From Camelus dromedarius (lineage: Eukaryota), in assembly GCF_036321535.1 (NCBI RefSeq), contig NC_087436.1, positions 18,104,001 through 18,166,000 on the forward strand: a stretch of 62,000 nucleotides of DNA. Direction: 5' to 3'. The notes under the pieces are model-generated. The model ran no database searches. It had not been told where the DNA came from and was given only the letters and a program-made list of their open reading frames with translations. Positions 14,639 to 28,859 of the stretch are shown here, piece after piece; positions within the stretch are counted from its first letter, which is position 1, and each line of letters begins with the position of its first letter. Made by a program: the position numbers and the translations under genes.

Positions 14639-15564
14639 TAAGTGTGACGTACTGTCGGTGTGGTTTTGATTTACACTTCCCTAATGACTAATGATATTGA
14701 GCATCTTTTCATAGACTTGTGGGCCATTTGTACATCTTCTTTGGAGAAATGTCCATTCAAGTCCTTTGCCCATTTTTAATCAGGTTGTTTGTCTTTTTGT
14801 TCTCGAGTTGTAGGAGTTCTTTATATATTCTGGATATTAAACCCTTATCAGATATACGATTGGTATGTTTCTCCCATTCTGTGGGTTGTCTTTTCATTCT
14901 CTTGACAGTGTCTTTTGATGTACTTTTAAAATTATAGTTTTTAATTTTAATGAAGTCCAGTTCATCTATTTTTTGTTGTTGTTTTCTGTGTTTTTGGTGC
15001 CATCTATTCATTTCTAATTGTGAGAATCTTTTTCAGTGAATGAAACTTAGGGGAAAGCACCTTGTATTTGAAGCCTGGGGAACTTACTGTCATTGAAGAG
15101 TTTTGGAAAGAAACAAGAAATAAGAAACGAAAGAAAGAAAAAAGAAAAGATCACTTAGACTCTATGCATTTGTCCATTCTAGAAAATATGAATAGACATA
15201 AAATGGAAACAACAGAAAATTGGTTTCTAATGTTATAAGTAGTGAAATAATATGATATTGTATAATTATTAGAATGAACATTTTGTTCTCTATTCTTAAA
15301 ACTTTTGACCTCAAAAAGCCTAGACTTCTTAAGTTCTCTCTCAACCAGAAAGTACAGGGCAGAGCTGTGTTTTTCAAAGGGGGAGGGGGGACCTACTCCC
15401 AGGAAACACTTGGAAGTGACATAAAGCCTTTTGATCAAATCGCATCGACAAGTGGACTTGTTGTGGTAACTGTCACAGACCCTGTGTTTTTTAGGGAAAC
15501 TAGTAAGTTTCAGAGGATGGGTGCACCTGACGTTTGAAAGCATATGTGTGCTTTATCCTACGTC

Positions 15565-16240
15565 TATTCAGGAAATATTTACTAACAGCCATCAGTTTCC
15601 TAAGCAGTGGCTTTAGAATAGCGAAATATATATCCTGTCTCATGAAACTTACAGTCTAATGGAAGAGACAGAAATTATCAAAAAAAAAAAAAAGTCCTAA
15701 TGTTATCATTGCGATAAGTATTGGAAGGAGGGGTACTTTGAGAGTGGTTGATGGGAGGTATTGGTCGACAGCAGAGGCTTCTCTGGAATTGATTAAGCTG
15801 GTGTCACAGGAGGAGGCAAGCTGATCCAAGCTGAGGGACCAGCACTGAATACAAGGCAGTGTAATGATGGACCTGGAGAGAAATGCAGAGATGTTGAAAG
15901 GCAGAATCAACAGGAACTGGGGACAGTTGGATTCTGATAGAACTTGGAGGGGAGGAGGAAGCAGATGTCTACAGTGACTTCCAGTGTCAGCCTGAAGAGC
16001 CAGGGAGGAATTGGCATCACCCACCAGGTTAGGGAGCAAGAGCAGAAGGCCAGGGTTTGAAAGGGAAGAGCGTGAGGCCAGTTTTAAACATGCTAAGATT
16101 GAACTGCCTTTGAAACTTATCCAAGAGGAGATAGCAGACTGGCAGTTTTTTATACAGATCAGAAGCCTAAAGAGAGGTCCCGCTGGAGGGAGAAATTTTG
16201 AACTCATCTCAGAGGCAGTGGCTGAAGGAGGAAAGACAGG
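15565..16240 (-). mobile_element. L2 relic
   Basis: attcaggaaatatttact..., cctgtctcatgaaacttacagtctaatgg and gagtccagttttaaacatg-like motifs characteristic of antisense L2. Confidence 0.65.
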
Positions 16241-19200
16241 AAAGACATGTTTTGTCACGGATCCCAAGGAAAAAGAGGGCTTCGAGAAGGAAAGCGTGGC
16301 TACTGGTGTTGAATGCTGTTGCAATCCCAGTGAGACAGGAGTTAGGACACCTCTGCCAGCCAACACCCTGCACGTTCGTGTCTTCTGAACATGTCCCCTT
16401 GTGTCCCCTGCCAGTGCCCCTGCCTCCATATCCTTCACCAAAGTGAAGGAAACAGTCTGGCATTTTGTGCAAGGGAGTAACACATGCCGCTGAGGATAGA
16501 CTGCCCTTGCTCTCCCCCCACCCTTGCCTGTCTTGGACCCCCTCTCACCCACACTGGCAGCTCTTCTTAGGTGTCTGTATCCCTCTCTTCTTTGACTGGC
16601 ACCTCCTCATGGCAGTCACAGACTCTGTCTTAATCATTTTTTAACTTCCAGCACGTGGCCTTGTGTCCAGAACACAGCAGGTCCTCCATAAACGGTGGCT
16701 GAACGAATGAATTATTGAGCAGATGAACCAAACCATCTATTAATCAAAGTAGAAGGGGTTTCTAAATTGTCGTTGCTCATTACAGGGTGGAGTTTATGAT
16801 AAAGTAGTACACCTTGTCGTGAACAGAGGCGTTGCTCTGTTTAAAACGATGAAGAAAACTTTAATAGCTTATCATTTGTGTTTGCTTTCAACTGTGAGAC
16901 GGACCTGAAAGTTCCCAAAGATCTTATCCTTTGGCTGTGTACTGGCTTTATTGGAATTGGAGGAAAGGTGAGAAGTAGGGAACAATTAAGGAAAACATTC
17001 CTTCTGATTTTTTATTAAACATTGAGGTGAAGACAGGAGTTAATACTCTAAATTAAAATAGAACTTTTCTTATTATAAACTCAAAACTTTTCAAACATGT
17101 ATTAAATGATTAATTATTCAATTTTACCTTGAAACAGCTTATCCTATATGGCTCCAGACCACTGCAAGTATTCACATTTCTTATCAATTTCAGTACACAT
17201 ATTAAAACTCCCATTTAAGTCTGTAATGAAATTTCTTCAATTTTTTTTTAACTTCTGCAATGAAGGTTCAGTGTTACACCCTCTTTTAAGTCTCAGCCAA
17301 TATTTTAGAATTAAAAGTATGTTTAAAAGCGTATGCATATTGTTTCAAGTTGTAGTTTGAAAAAGGAATTTTTGGTGGCCTTTCACTGTCTTTGTAGTTC
17401 TGAGCCTTATGGAGATATAGGACTGTTATCCGTCATTTCCAGCCGTGTTTTTGTAGAGGGTTGCCCACCCCTGCTGTGTCCCCACTGGGGGTCCTTGTAC
17501 TGCCATGATCTGGCTGTCCTAAATGTGGTGGTCTTCCCAGGCAACAGGACAGCCCCCTTAAGGTCCCTCTGCACCTTTGATGGGGCTGGCTCACACCGCC
17601 GTGTGGTCCAGCTGTGTCACTGATGTTCAGGCTGGGATCAGTGTCCCCACGGGAGCCCAGGGGGTTGGCGTGACAGTGTGGTGCACCCCACCCTCACCTC
17701 CCCAGGGGGTTGCTTAGTATTTCTGAGCCACGGGAGATGACTTCTGCGCTGGACCCTTGCTCTGGCAGGTTAGGGCTGGCGATGGACACGGGGCAGGGGT
17801 GCTGATGAGGGAGCCGCCGGAGGGGTGGGATGAGCCCTGGTGGGGACAGGGATCACCCTCGCCTGAGCAGGGTGAGAAGGCTGAAGAGAACAGGCTTCAT
17901 TTGAAACTAGAACCACAGGTAGACTTTCTAACTCACTTCCTGATCTGTCTTGTTTTTCACCAAACCCTGCCTCTCTTTTTCGACCACTCTGGGGAGGAGG
18001 GAAAAAGTGATGTTCACCCAATGCGTTCATTGGACAAATACTTCTTGAGCAACTTGAATGCACGTGGCACTGTTCCAGGCACTGGGAATTCAACACTGGC
18101 CAAAACAGGGGCTCACGCTCTGGTGGCAGGTGGGTGGGATCGTGGGAAGAGTGAAGGCAGCGTCATGTAGAAATCCCACGTGCTGTATCCCCAGGGAATA
18201 TGGCTCAGGTAACATACCTAGGACCATGAAAGAGTTTGAAAATAGTAAGGTGCTGTTGGAAGGAATTCTCTGAGCAGATTTGCCGGCGCCTTGGTCAGCA
18301 CCGCCCATGACCTTTTAGTGCTTTGAAGGATCCGAGCTCCTCCTTGGCTTGGGCCTCCGCACGTGCTGTTCACTCTGTGGAGCAGAATGGTGCTTAACTT
18401 CTCGTCTCAGCCCAGCATACTCCAATTCAGACAGATTTTGCCTGATGGCCAGATGTAGAGGACTCTCCACCCTCCACCCAGTCCCTCCCATCAGATCACA
18501 TTTATGTTCTGGGTAGCAGATCTCCTCACCCCATAACGTAGGCTCAGGGAGGTTAGGAAGCTGGTCTGTGTGGTACAGCTTCACGTGGCCAGCAGCTCGG
18601 ACACTGTCTGGCATTAGTAAGTGCTTGAAGAACGAATTAATTTTAAAATGCGATATTCAGCGTTATTTCCCACTGCTTCCCGGCACAAACTCTGTGCCAG
18701 CCAAATTCACCTTCCTCTTCCCTTCGTCCCTACTTCCCACTGCTGGGCCTTGGCTCCTAACATTTTCCTTCCTTCCTCAAGCTCAGCCCACAGGATGCTT
18801 TCTCTCTGATCACTTCTCTTACCATCAAAGTCAGGAGTGACTTTTTTCCCCCAAATAGTTACCTCTATCAGTTCTTCCTGTGTCAGTCCTTTGCTATGTT
18901 TTGTGTTTTATGTATACGTTTTTACTCCAGATATCCTATAAACTCCTAGAAAACAAGGAATATTTTTACATTTTTCCATAATGTCTGGCAAAATGCCTTC
19001 TATGTAATTGGCACTATTTGGGATTGATTCATCAGTCTTCTTTCCAGTACAAGGGTCAGAAGCAAGATTCCCGACGTGGGTTTGACCCTACAGTGTTTTC
19101 AGGGCCAGCATGTGAACTTGATGAGAAGGATTCCCCTTGCAAGTTTTACTTCCAAGAACAGTGCCATAGGTTATTTCTTGCATGGTGTTTCTTGTGGTGT

Positions 19201-19789
19201 ACTTGAGAAATTTCTTAAGTAGTTAATGAAGCTGGGTAATTGCCAGTATCATATGAAATTAAAGCAAAACAAATAGGAAACTGCAAATGGGATGAACTGT
19301 TTAAGCTTTTTATAACTGCGTTGGAATCACAGAGTAGTAATGAGGCAAGAAATTTGTCCCAGCTTTATTCTGGCTAACTAGAGGGAGCTATTTTTCATTT
19401 TGAATAAACATCAAAACCATTTTAAGATCATACATTATCTTTAAAAGGTTGAATGCAGCTAATATTAGCATGTTGGTCTTTATTTCAGTTAAAGTGCTCA
19501 AGGGCTTCCGTCTCGTCAGCTAAAAATACTCTTCGATACAAAATAAAATAACTGGGGTGAATTTCCTTATTGAAAAATTGATAGGGAAAAATCAGTTTTG
19601 ATGCAGTGAGTATATTGCAAGATAGGGCAGATGGCAAGTAATGGATTACTCAGTTCAAAAAAACTAAGGGGGGCTCCAGGTGTCCTCCCTTGACAGAGGT
19701 CATAAAATGCAAAGACAGTAGCTTTGATGGTGCCCCTCTGTACTGGAGGAGAACACACTTGCTGTGTCTTGATATAGAAAGTATCTTCT

Positions 19790-20009
19790 CTTTTTTGTAT
19801 GTATATATATATATATTTTTTTTATTGAAGTACAGTCAGTTTACAGTGTGTGAATTTCTGGTGTACAGCACATGCTTCAGTCGTACATGAACATGCATAT
19901 ATTCATTTTTGTATTCTTTTTCACCGTAAGTTACTACAAGATGTTGAGTATAGTTCCCTGTGCTGTACAGTATGAACTTGTTTATGAACTTGTTGTCTGT
20001 CTATTTTGT
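19790..20009 (-). mobile_element. 5'-truncated lineage L1 3' end with TSD
   Basis: TSD atatagaaagtatcttct (19772-19789) and atatagaaagtattttct (20010-20027); internal 12-nt tandem duplication tatgaacttgtt at 19971-19994. Confidence 0.88.
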
Positions 20010-20524
20010 ATATAGAAAGTATTTTCTGAACTTGTGTCTTTAGACACTTCTAGAACCAGAACCGAGCCATGTGATGATCCGTTTCTGTTGAGTCACACAT
20101 GGGAGATGATTATGGTTTTAGATCCCTCCCTTCCATCCATGAAACCCTAAGCTAATTTAATAGGGTTGTGTTTGGGGAGGGCTCTGAAAAGGCTGTTTAA
20201 TTTTGTGTAAGCTCTGAGATTGATACTTTTCTGAAAGAAAGAAGTGGAGAGGGGAGAAAAACCAAAAAAAGGAGGTCCTATTTGGAGACGCTTGGTCTTC
20301 TTATTTAAAGCTCATCTGTGTGTCTGGATCGTTGGTGCTGCAGCAGGAGTGTCACCCCAGCCGACGCACGTATATACAGGTGTCACAGCCTTGTGTAACT
20401 GGGCCCGTCTTCTGTGCCCCTCCAGCTTGAAATAGAAGCTGCTTCAAAAGAATCAATGGAACCAGTGGTTTATAAGTTCCTAATTCCCCTTCTGCTACCG
20501 GCATGATATCCCTCTCTGTCTTAG

Positions 20525-20884
20525 GCACCTCAGGCCAGGTGGTTTAAAAAACAGACATTTATTTCTCACAGTGTTAGAGGCTGGAAGTCCAAGATCAGGA
20601 TGCCAGCTTGGTGGGGTTCTGGTGAAGGCCTTCTCACTGGCTTGCAGAGGGAGGGCTGCCTTCTCACTATCTTCACATGGTGGAGAAAGGAAGCTCTGGT
20701 GTCTCTGCTGCTTTTTATAAGGGCACTAATCTCACCATGGGGGATCCACCCTCATGACCTCATTTAACTGTAGTTGCCTCTCAACGCCCCCCCATACCAC
20801 TGCATTGAAGGGTTAGAACTTCAACATATGAATTGGCCAGGTTGGTGGTAGGGGTGTGGGGACACAAATATTCAGTCGATAACA
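20525..20884 (-). mobile_element. MLT1A-type MaLR solo LTR
   Basis: acatttatttctcacagt..gaggctggaagtccaagatc...ataagggcactaatc...cttcaacatatgaat...ggacacaaatattcagtcgataaca, matching the recalled MLT1A consensus. Confidence 0.82.
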
Positions 20885-21577
20885 CTCCCCATTTACATGG
20901 ATATTAGAGTGCAAAGTAATTAATAATCACACAGTTTAGAGGGTGAATTTGAAGGATTATAAGCCGATGCTGAAAGCTTGTGAAAGTCATTATGCTATAT
21001 GCTGTCTCCCACACATGGTCCTGTTTCAGCCTTACGGCTTTGTAATGTGGGAATTTATTATCTCTTTCAAAGATGAAGAGACGAAGGCTCAAAGTTTTGA
21101 ACCCAGATGTCTCAGAGTCCAAAACTCGATTTTTCAGCTACAGCAAGGCTTGTTCCTTGACCATGGAACTTAATTTTTCAGGCAGTTACACCCGAGTGGA
21201 CCTTTGGAGCAAATACTGGTTTCATTAGGTGGTTTCAGGCACCATATATATTTGGAACCTTTATTGACCAATCGTATATCATCTTTCATAAGAGATATTC
21301 TTTAAAATGGGTGAGAACATGCCCAGTGTATAAAGAACACAAATGGGAAATAAAACGTTCTTAGAAGAACTGGAGCTTTGGTTCAAAGTGTGAACTAGTC
21401 CTCCAGGTCTGTGTCCTTCCTTTCTGATACCACGGCAGTACGTAAGAGCTCCTTTGTTGAGCATGGTCCCTGGGCTCAGTCCCTAATTTTGCTGGTAAGG
21501 ACCTTGACGTCCAGTGAGTGAGTTACCTTCACGGCGCCCTCATCTCCCTCCTGCAGCATGAAAGAATTGGACCAGAT

Positions 21578-22103
21578 GAGCGATTCACAGATTTTCTGTT
21601 CTCAGGACCCCCTTTATGCTCTTAAAATCATTGCAGACTCCAAAGAGCTTTTTGTTTATGTAAGTTATAGCTGTTGGTATTTACCTGTATCAGAAATTGA
21701 AACAGGAATTTTTTAAAATACTGATTTAGCAATTCATTTAAAAATAACAATAACCTATTACATATTATATAAACAGCACAACATAAATACAATAGCACAT
21801 ATATTTTATTTAAAAATAACTCTTTTCAAAACAAAAAAATTTGAAGCATGGTATTGTTTAGACTTCTTTGCAAATTCCTTCAATCGGACTGAAATGAAGA
21901 CAGTTGCATCCTCTTATTGGCTTCTGACATCCAGTCTTTTGTGATTGGTTGTTTGGTTGAAGTGTAGGAAAAAGATTCAGCCTCATCACATGTGGAGTCA
22001 GAGAAAGGAGTGACTCCTGACTCCTGGAAAGGGTCCTGACTGACTCCTGGAAAGGGTCCTGAGGATGCCCTGCCATCCTCAGATCACACATTGAGAACCA
22101 CTG
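21578..22103 (-). mobile_element. Charlie1b-like hAT DNA transposon
   Basis: ctcaggaccccctttatgctcttaaaa near one end and cacattgagaaccactg at the other; AT-rich interior. Confidence 0.78.
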
Positions 22104-25100
22104 GTCTCGGTGATCTTTAAACCCCAACCCAGCCCCTGAGTCTGCTTGGCTTTTGGGAAGCTTCTCTTGAGGTCCAGATCTCTGTTTCTCATTTAATCAT
22201 CTGTACGTCCCACACCAGAGAATCGGAGCTCAGTAGAACATAGTCTCTGTGCTTAAAAGTTCTAGTAGCAGAATCCTCATGGGACCGCCATGTGCCCTTA
22301 GCTCTGCGTAACGCTTTTGTATAACCAATCTCGTTTATAGACAATCATTTTAAAACAAGTGTGATTGTCACTGTTTTGTAAATGGTACAGCTGCCTTGGA
22401 TGGAGGGAGTTTCAGGAGATCATCCCAGATCACATAACCATGGTGAGGTGGACCTCAGGCATGAGCCCAGGACTGCCCTGAACGCTCACCTTGTTTGCAT
22501 CACACCACGTGTGTCCCCTCATCTCCAAAGTAATGGCGATGGAAGGCTCGCGGGGTTCCCTTCCAGCCTCTTGCAGTCTGTGATTCTTTAGTTCTGCTTT
22601 GCCAATTGGAGCACTTACAGCTGTGAGCATTTGTGTTAGAATGAGGAGGACAATATTAAATCACTTCCCCCAAAGTGAAATTTAAATCTCTTTATTTTTA
22701 TTGTTTAGCAAAAAAAGAAAAAAGAAAAATGACTGGCTTTTCACCAGTCAGGAGTAAATATTAAGGAATATCTGCAATGTACAAGGCTCTGTGATGGCTG
22801 CTATAAGGAGTCCAGAGTGAAAGTCACAGTTTCCGTCCTCCCGAATTCAGTTGTGGGGTTGGTGAATTAAGACACAAGCACAGGAATGGCATCCTGCCTA
22901 GATGAAGCATGGATGATCAATGACAAAGGCGTTTTTCCTAAGGCGGGTGCTCCGGGAGCCTAAGGAGAAAGGGACCCCTCAAGGAAAGCTGCTGGCAGAG
23001 TTGTCTCGCTTTGAAGGCTGTGTCCACCCCCAAAGGAGGGTTAGCATCATGCTGGGCAGAGTGCAGAGGCGGTGCGTGTGGTCCAGGCATGAGAAACCAT
23101 CCCGAGAGGAGAGGGGATGAGTCTCTGGGATGCAGAATTGAAGTGGTGGAGCCACAGGGGCTGCAGGTTCACCCTCAGGAGTGGAGGGGACTCTCTCTCT
23201 CCCTCTCCTCTTCTCGCTGTTTCTGCCTTCCCTCCCCTCCTTCTCACTACAGCTGGCCCCTCCCCTTTGTCTCCTCGCATCCCTCCACTTCTGCTTGACC
23301 CCATTCCCTCCCTTCCTCCCCATTTTCTGGCTTTCTCTCCCCCTTTCCCCTCCTGTCTTCTCCCTTCGATGTCTCTCATGGAGACTGAGACGTTATCACC
23401 AAATACCGCATTTATTGAATCAAAGGGTTCCACCCCGATATCTTAACGTTGAAATCAGGTGCCTTAAGGCTTTTTCACATTTTTTAGAGGGGAGAAAACT
23501 GATGACCGAAGTTGCTTTTTTTACTTCACTGTGACTCTTGGGCTCTTTCCTTTGGAATGGTAACCCTCCACGGAAAACTTGTTTCTCACAAGCTCCACCA
23601 GTCTTGGTCTTGAAATCATTGACATTTCTGTCCCAGATGTTCCTGGGAGGGATGATTTTGCTTTTCTAATTTTTATCGTATTTCCTATTTTCCTGACTGC
23701 TGCCCTTTGTCCTCGTTGCAGAGAACATTGCTGCCAAGCGGCTGCCCATGCCCCCCAGCCACACCCCCAGTTCTTGGTGCAGAGCATACACGGAGGGGGC
23801 CTTAAGTGGCCGCCACTTCTCTTGCTGGCGTGGGCTGAGGACTGGGGTCCTGCCTGCTCAGGGGACCCCAGGGAGCTAACGCTTCTGCAGCTTGGGCCTT
23901 AACTCTCTTGGCTTCTAGGCAATGAACACAAAAACCCAAAGAATCATTTGTTTGTCATTCAGGAGAGACTCCGTGGCCACTTTGTTCTAATTAGAAGAAG
24001 TTCAGAACTTCACCGAATTTCTGAGTAGAAGAGAAGGTTAGACGGCGTCTGCTGTGCTCCTTGGCTGTCTTGATCAGCAGTTCTCCACCAGCAGATAAAA
24101 CAGAGAAGAACCGTTGAGGCTGTCCTATGAATAAGCATTCATTGTGCTCATGTCCTTTCGTGTGCGGGGGCAGCGTGTGCTCCAGTGTTGACGTTTATGG
24201 GGCACGGGTGGCCCTCCCAGGCGGCGGCCTGCTGGTGTGGTACTTCTCCCCCCGCCAACCCCGGCATGAATGATGCAGTTGTTCAGCATGTCCTGAACAA
24301 AATCTGCCTTGTGACAGATGTGCAGCATCAGTAAGAAAAAAGGACATGTGGCTAAGTTCTAATAAATTAATTGAGTCAAACATCATCTTTTTTTTTTTTA
24401 AATTTAGGCAGATGCTTTATCAGCTTTTCAAATGATTCAAACAAGAGACACTACCTTTCCCCCAGGATTATGGCACCGGAAAATGTTTTCTAGGACCCAG
24501 TTTGATTAAGGAATTGAATAGGGTCTGTGGTAGCAGTCTCTGAACGCTTAGCTGTTTCCTTCTTCCAAAGCAAGACTTTCAAGGTAGAAGGACTCTGGGG
24601 TCCAGCTGGCTTTCCGCCTTCCTCGTCTCCATCCTAACACACACACTCCAGCGCCACCTCCGCAAGGGTGAGTGGCTCTGCCGTCGCCCTGGAAGCATGG
24701 CCGCACACCCGGGCGTTACCAGCACAGACGTCCTCCTATATCACCTACGCCAGGTCCCGGTTGCTCGGCGTATGTGACTTTTGCCTCAGGAAGAAAATGA
24801 CTCCGTAAATTGCAGTTTAATATAAATCTCTTACTGTTCAAGGAGAAAGTGGTTTGCTCTCGCCCTTTACCCAAACAACAGTCCAGCGACACTTCTAAAT
24901 TCAGTGCATTCTTGAAATTCAGTAGTTCTCAAGTGGGAATCTTACCTTTATTATGGCCCATTTTTACAAATGAGAAAAACTATGTTCGTTTATGGAAATT
25001 AAGCAAGATCCTTAAGTGCATACCCCAAATGCCCCTGTTGGAAGCAATAATTGCTCACTGAAGGTTTTCTGTCTTCGAGTGAACTATCTGTTGTCTACAG

Positions 25101-27917
25101 TCTGTTAAATTTCCCAAAATTTACTCTGGAAATCTACAGCCAACAAAAATGAGACTTGATGATGTAAAAACAAAATTCTTTCACGAGAGAATATTGCTCT
25201 TTTGTATCCCTTCTGTGTGTCGAACAATTCCAGCACTGAGTCTGAGCATGGATAGCACTTAACTACGTCTCAGAAGGTTCCAGGAATGCTGTTGGGGATT
25301 TTAACCTTAATATGGTAGCTGAGCAAGGCTGAGAGACCAGAGTGCTTGGATTCAAATCCTAGAATACTATTTTCAAGGAGGTTTGACTTCCTTGTTTTTA
25401 CTTGGAATCAGGAAGTCACTTTATCTAGTCAAGAACTAGAGCCCACTTCTTGGTCAAGGACCTATGTAAACTTCCTTCCCAAAGCCAAGAATCAAAACAT
25501 TTGGTTCACTAGGTCTTAAAATGTCCAGGGAACAATCAGGCCGGTCTCTGTGCCCCTGCTAGACTGACTGCTGGCAGCAGGAAGGGAGTGCTGGTGGTTT
25601 TCACCTGTTTGCCTGTGCCGAAGGCCCCCTACTGATGTAGCTGACAGTCAGTGAGCCGTTACTGTAAATCTTCTGCAGTTTGCTGTGGTCCTTAGCTTAC
25701 TTAGTGTGAGGGATTTAGTCAAACATCCCAGGGACGGAAGTGGCTCACAGGATACAATACATAGCGTCATGGAAAGTTGCTTAGAAATCACTTTTCAAAG
25801 TGAATTATATTGTAACTGACCTGCAGAAATTCACAGTGCAGTGAACGCTAAGATTAAACCTTTGGTCAAGCCAAAACATTTTTCCCATGTGACTTATCAC
25901 CAGTGCCCCCAATTTAACTTGCTCTGAAATCTGAATTTTCACAATGGGTTATGGCTATATAAACATAGAGGTTTCTTTCTTCTTTGAAAAACGTGTGGCC
26001 TGGACCCAAAAGAAACTGTAATAACTATACAAGTACTTAAAAATTTAAGGTACAGAGGAATGTTTTATTGCAAGCTGTGTAAGAAACTATGATGCTAACT
26101 AGATGAGTATTTAAAAATCAAAAGCACAGAAAAATGTTTTACCAAGAACTGTGTATAAAATGTATGTTAAAGAAAATTGTTTTCTAGGCCTGTCAGTGGT
26201 AAAGGCCCTTTCTAGATGTTTAGATGGTCACATATTACTATTTTGATCTGCGTAACAGCCATTAAGGTCAGTGGAAATTGTGATGCTTAGGTCAAGGGCA
26301 GTTCTATGAAATACATCCCTTCTGGAACATCAATTAAGGTAATGAACAAACCCCTGAACTAGCCTTTAACTATTACTAGTCTTGACCATGTGAAGTTAAT
26401 AGAGAATACGGGAATGTCATGAGGACCCCTGGGACGCCACTCCCTGTGGCGCATAAGTCCAGTGAAGCAAACCACAGACAACCTTAGCGATTCCTAAGCA
26501 GCTGAGTTCTCCCCTGGCTGTTAATAAATGATGTAAATACTATCAAAATGGACAGACGTCAAAACTGCAGCTGGCAAAATGGTCCTCCTACAGATGTATC
26601 TTGTTTGTCAGTTAAGGAAAAATCTAGTAAGCCTCTGAAAAAAAATTAAAAACCATAAACTGGAATAATTTGAATGCTCAAATTGAGGTCATTTTTATTC
26701 TAATTAAGATTTTTTTTTAAAAAAAGGACTGTTTCTGCATGCTGTTTTTAGGAAAATAACAAGCTTGAGACGGGGACCATCTGTCATGCTGACCATGTAA
26801 CAAGATGTTAGATTTATTCAGACATAATGATGTGGTTGCAGTATCAGATGTAAGGTCTGGTCCTTCAGAGCTGCTGTGATTATCTGTGTACACCACACCA
26901 CTCAAATTATGTAACTCTCTGCTGTAAGACTGACACTATTTCTGCATTACAGCAGTGTAACACACACACACACATTTATGGAAGTAAGAGCATGTTCGCA
27001 AACAGGTTTATTAAGAGATTCCTGGAGATTCTAGAGATTTCAAAGAGTTCAACCCTCAACGAGCACTGATTTTCTTTGTTATATTTATATTTGAAGAGCA
27101 AAATCTGTGAAGTCCATTGGATCTACCTGTTCTTTGTAGCTCTCAGATAATTATTTAGCACTCACAATTTTGGACCTATGCACTGTGCAAAAATCAATCA
27201 TAGAAAGATAAGTGCCTTATTATCCAGAAAAAAGGACACAGACTTTCCAGGTGATGAGAGCTGCCTATTAATCCAAGGGCTAACGTGAAATATTTCAAGG
27301 GTTTATTTTTCTAGGTCCTTACTAAATAAAGTGATGCCTTACACACATAAAAGATGTGCAGGTGGCAGAGGTACAGTTTGGTGCAGTATTGCTAAAGGAT
27401 CTTAAGTTTGAAAATGTCATGTACCTTTCATAGGCTCCCGTGGGTAGGAGACTCAGGGACCTCTTGTGCTGTGGCATTTATAAAACCAGCCAGTGTGAAA
27501 GGATTGCAGTTATTAAATGTGAGTTCTTGGAAAGAGAAAGGAGTGATAAAGGTAGTTCTATTTCCCCTTCCCCCCTTAGGGTACCAAAACTACAGCAGAC
27601 AGGCCTTTAAGGAACTGTTTCTGACTGCCTTTTTGAAACTATGGCTTATTAAAGAATTTTCACTCTTCCTGCTTTCAAAAAGCATTTAGCACAGCTTCCA
27701 ATAAAAACATGGACACCATAAGACTAAAAATCTATCAAAACACAAAAAGGCAAAAGGCAAGTAGTAAAAATAGAGGAGAAAGGAGATATTTTATATATTA
27801 GAAGAGGAATGAATGAAAAACCTGAACCCTAAGAGAATTAAACACAAATCTTAGTTTCTTAATCTCTATCAAAGTATAGCAGGAAGGATCATGGGTTGCA
27901 GGGATTCCCTTTTTTTT

Positions 27918-28857
27918 CCCCCTTAAATTGAGGTATAGTTGATGTACAACATTATATTAAGTTTCAGGTATACAACAGACTGATTCACAATTTTTAGCTT
28001 ATCTATTTTATACATAGTAGTTTGTACTTCTTTCTACTCCATCCCTATCTTGCTCCTCCCCTCCTCCCCTCTCTATATCTGTGAGTCTGCCTCTGTTTTG
28101 TTATATTCACTTATTAGTTTTATTTTTTAGATTCCACATATAAGTGATAACATACCGTATTTGTCTTTCTCTGTCTGATATATTTCAGTAAGCATAATAC
28201 CCACCAAGTCCATCTGTGTTTTTGCACATGGCAAAATTCCATTCTTTTTTATGACTGAGTAGTATTCCATTGTATATATAAATCATATTGTCTTTATCTA
28301 GTCATCTGTTGATGGACACTTAGGCTGCGTCCATATCTTGGCAATTATAAATAATGCTGCTATGAACTTTGGGGTGCATGTATCTTTTCAAATTAGTGTT
28401 TTCATTTTCTTCAGATACATACCCAGCAGTGGAATTGCTAGATGATATGGTAGTTCGATTTTTAGTTTTTTGAGATACCTCCATACTGTTTTCCACGATG
28501 GTTGCATCAATTTACATTGCCACCAAAACAGTGTATAAGGGCTCCCATTTTTCAACACCCTTGCCAACATTTTTTCTTTGTGGGTTTTTTTTTTTTTTTT
28601 TTTTTGATGACAGCCCTTCTGACAGGTGTGAGGTGATAGCTCATTATAGTTTTAATTTTCATTTCTCTGATGATTAATGACATTGAGCATCTTCTCATGT
28701 GCTTGTTGGCCATGTCTCCCCTAGAAAAAGTGTCTATTCAGATCTTCTGCCCTTCTTTTAATTGTGTTGTTTGTTTTTTTGATATTGAGTTGTATGAGCT
28801 GTTTATATATCTTGGATATTAACCCTTTATTGGTCATATGATTTGCAAGTGTTTTCT
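27918..28857 (-). mobile_element. L1 3'UTR and ORF2 end
   Basis: Minus ORF 28388-28570 ([27 protein letters not shown]) is L1 ORF2 C-terminus; antisense 3'UTR motifs. Confidence 0.9.
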
Positions 28858-28859
28858 TT

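Larger units (their letters stand above)
12895..15005 (-). mobile_element. L1MB-type element (3'UTR and ORF2 end) split into three pieces by nested insertions
   Basis: Antisense L1 3'UTR motifs; minus-strand ORF 14757-15011 (DELDFIKIKN...RMKRQPTEWEK...SDKGLISRIYKEL) is L1 ORF2 C-terminal sequence. Confidence 0.88.

Noticed and set aside
15656..16552. Longest ORF in the track (298 aa, minus strand)
   Set aside because: Non-ATG start, Ser/Leu-rich composition with no recognisable domain, and it overlaps an L2 relic; chance ORF.
23190..23370. Pyrimidine-rich tract with many overlapping ORFs
   Set aside because: Low complexity explains the lack of stop codons; no clear mirror symmetry for H-DNA.
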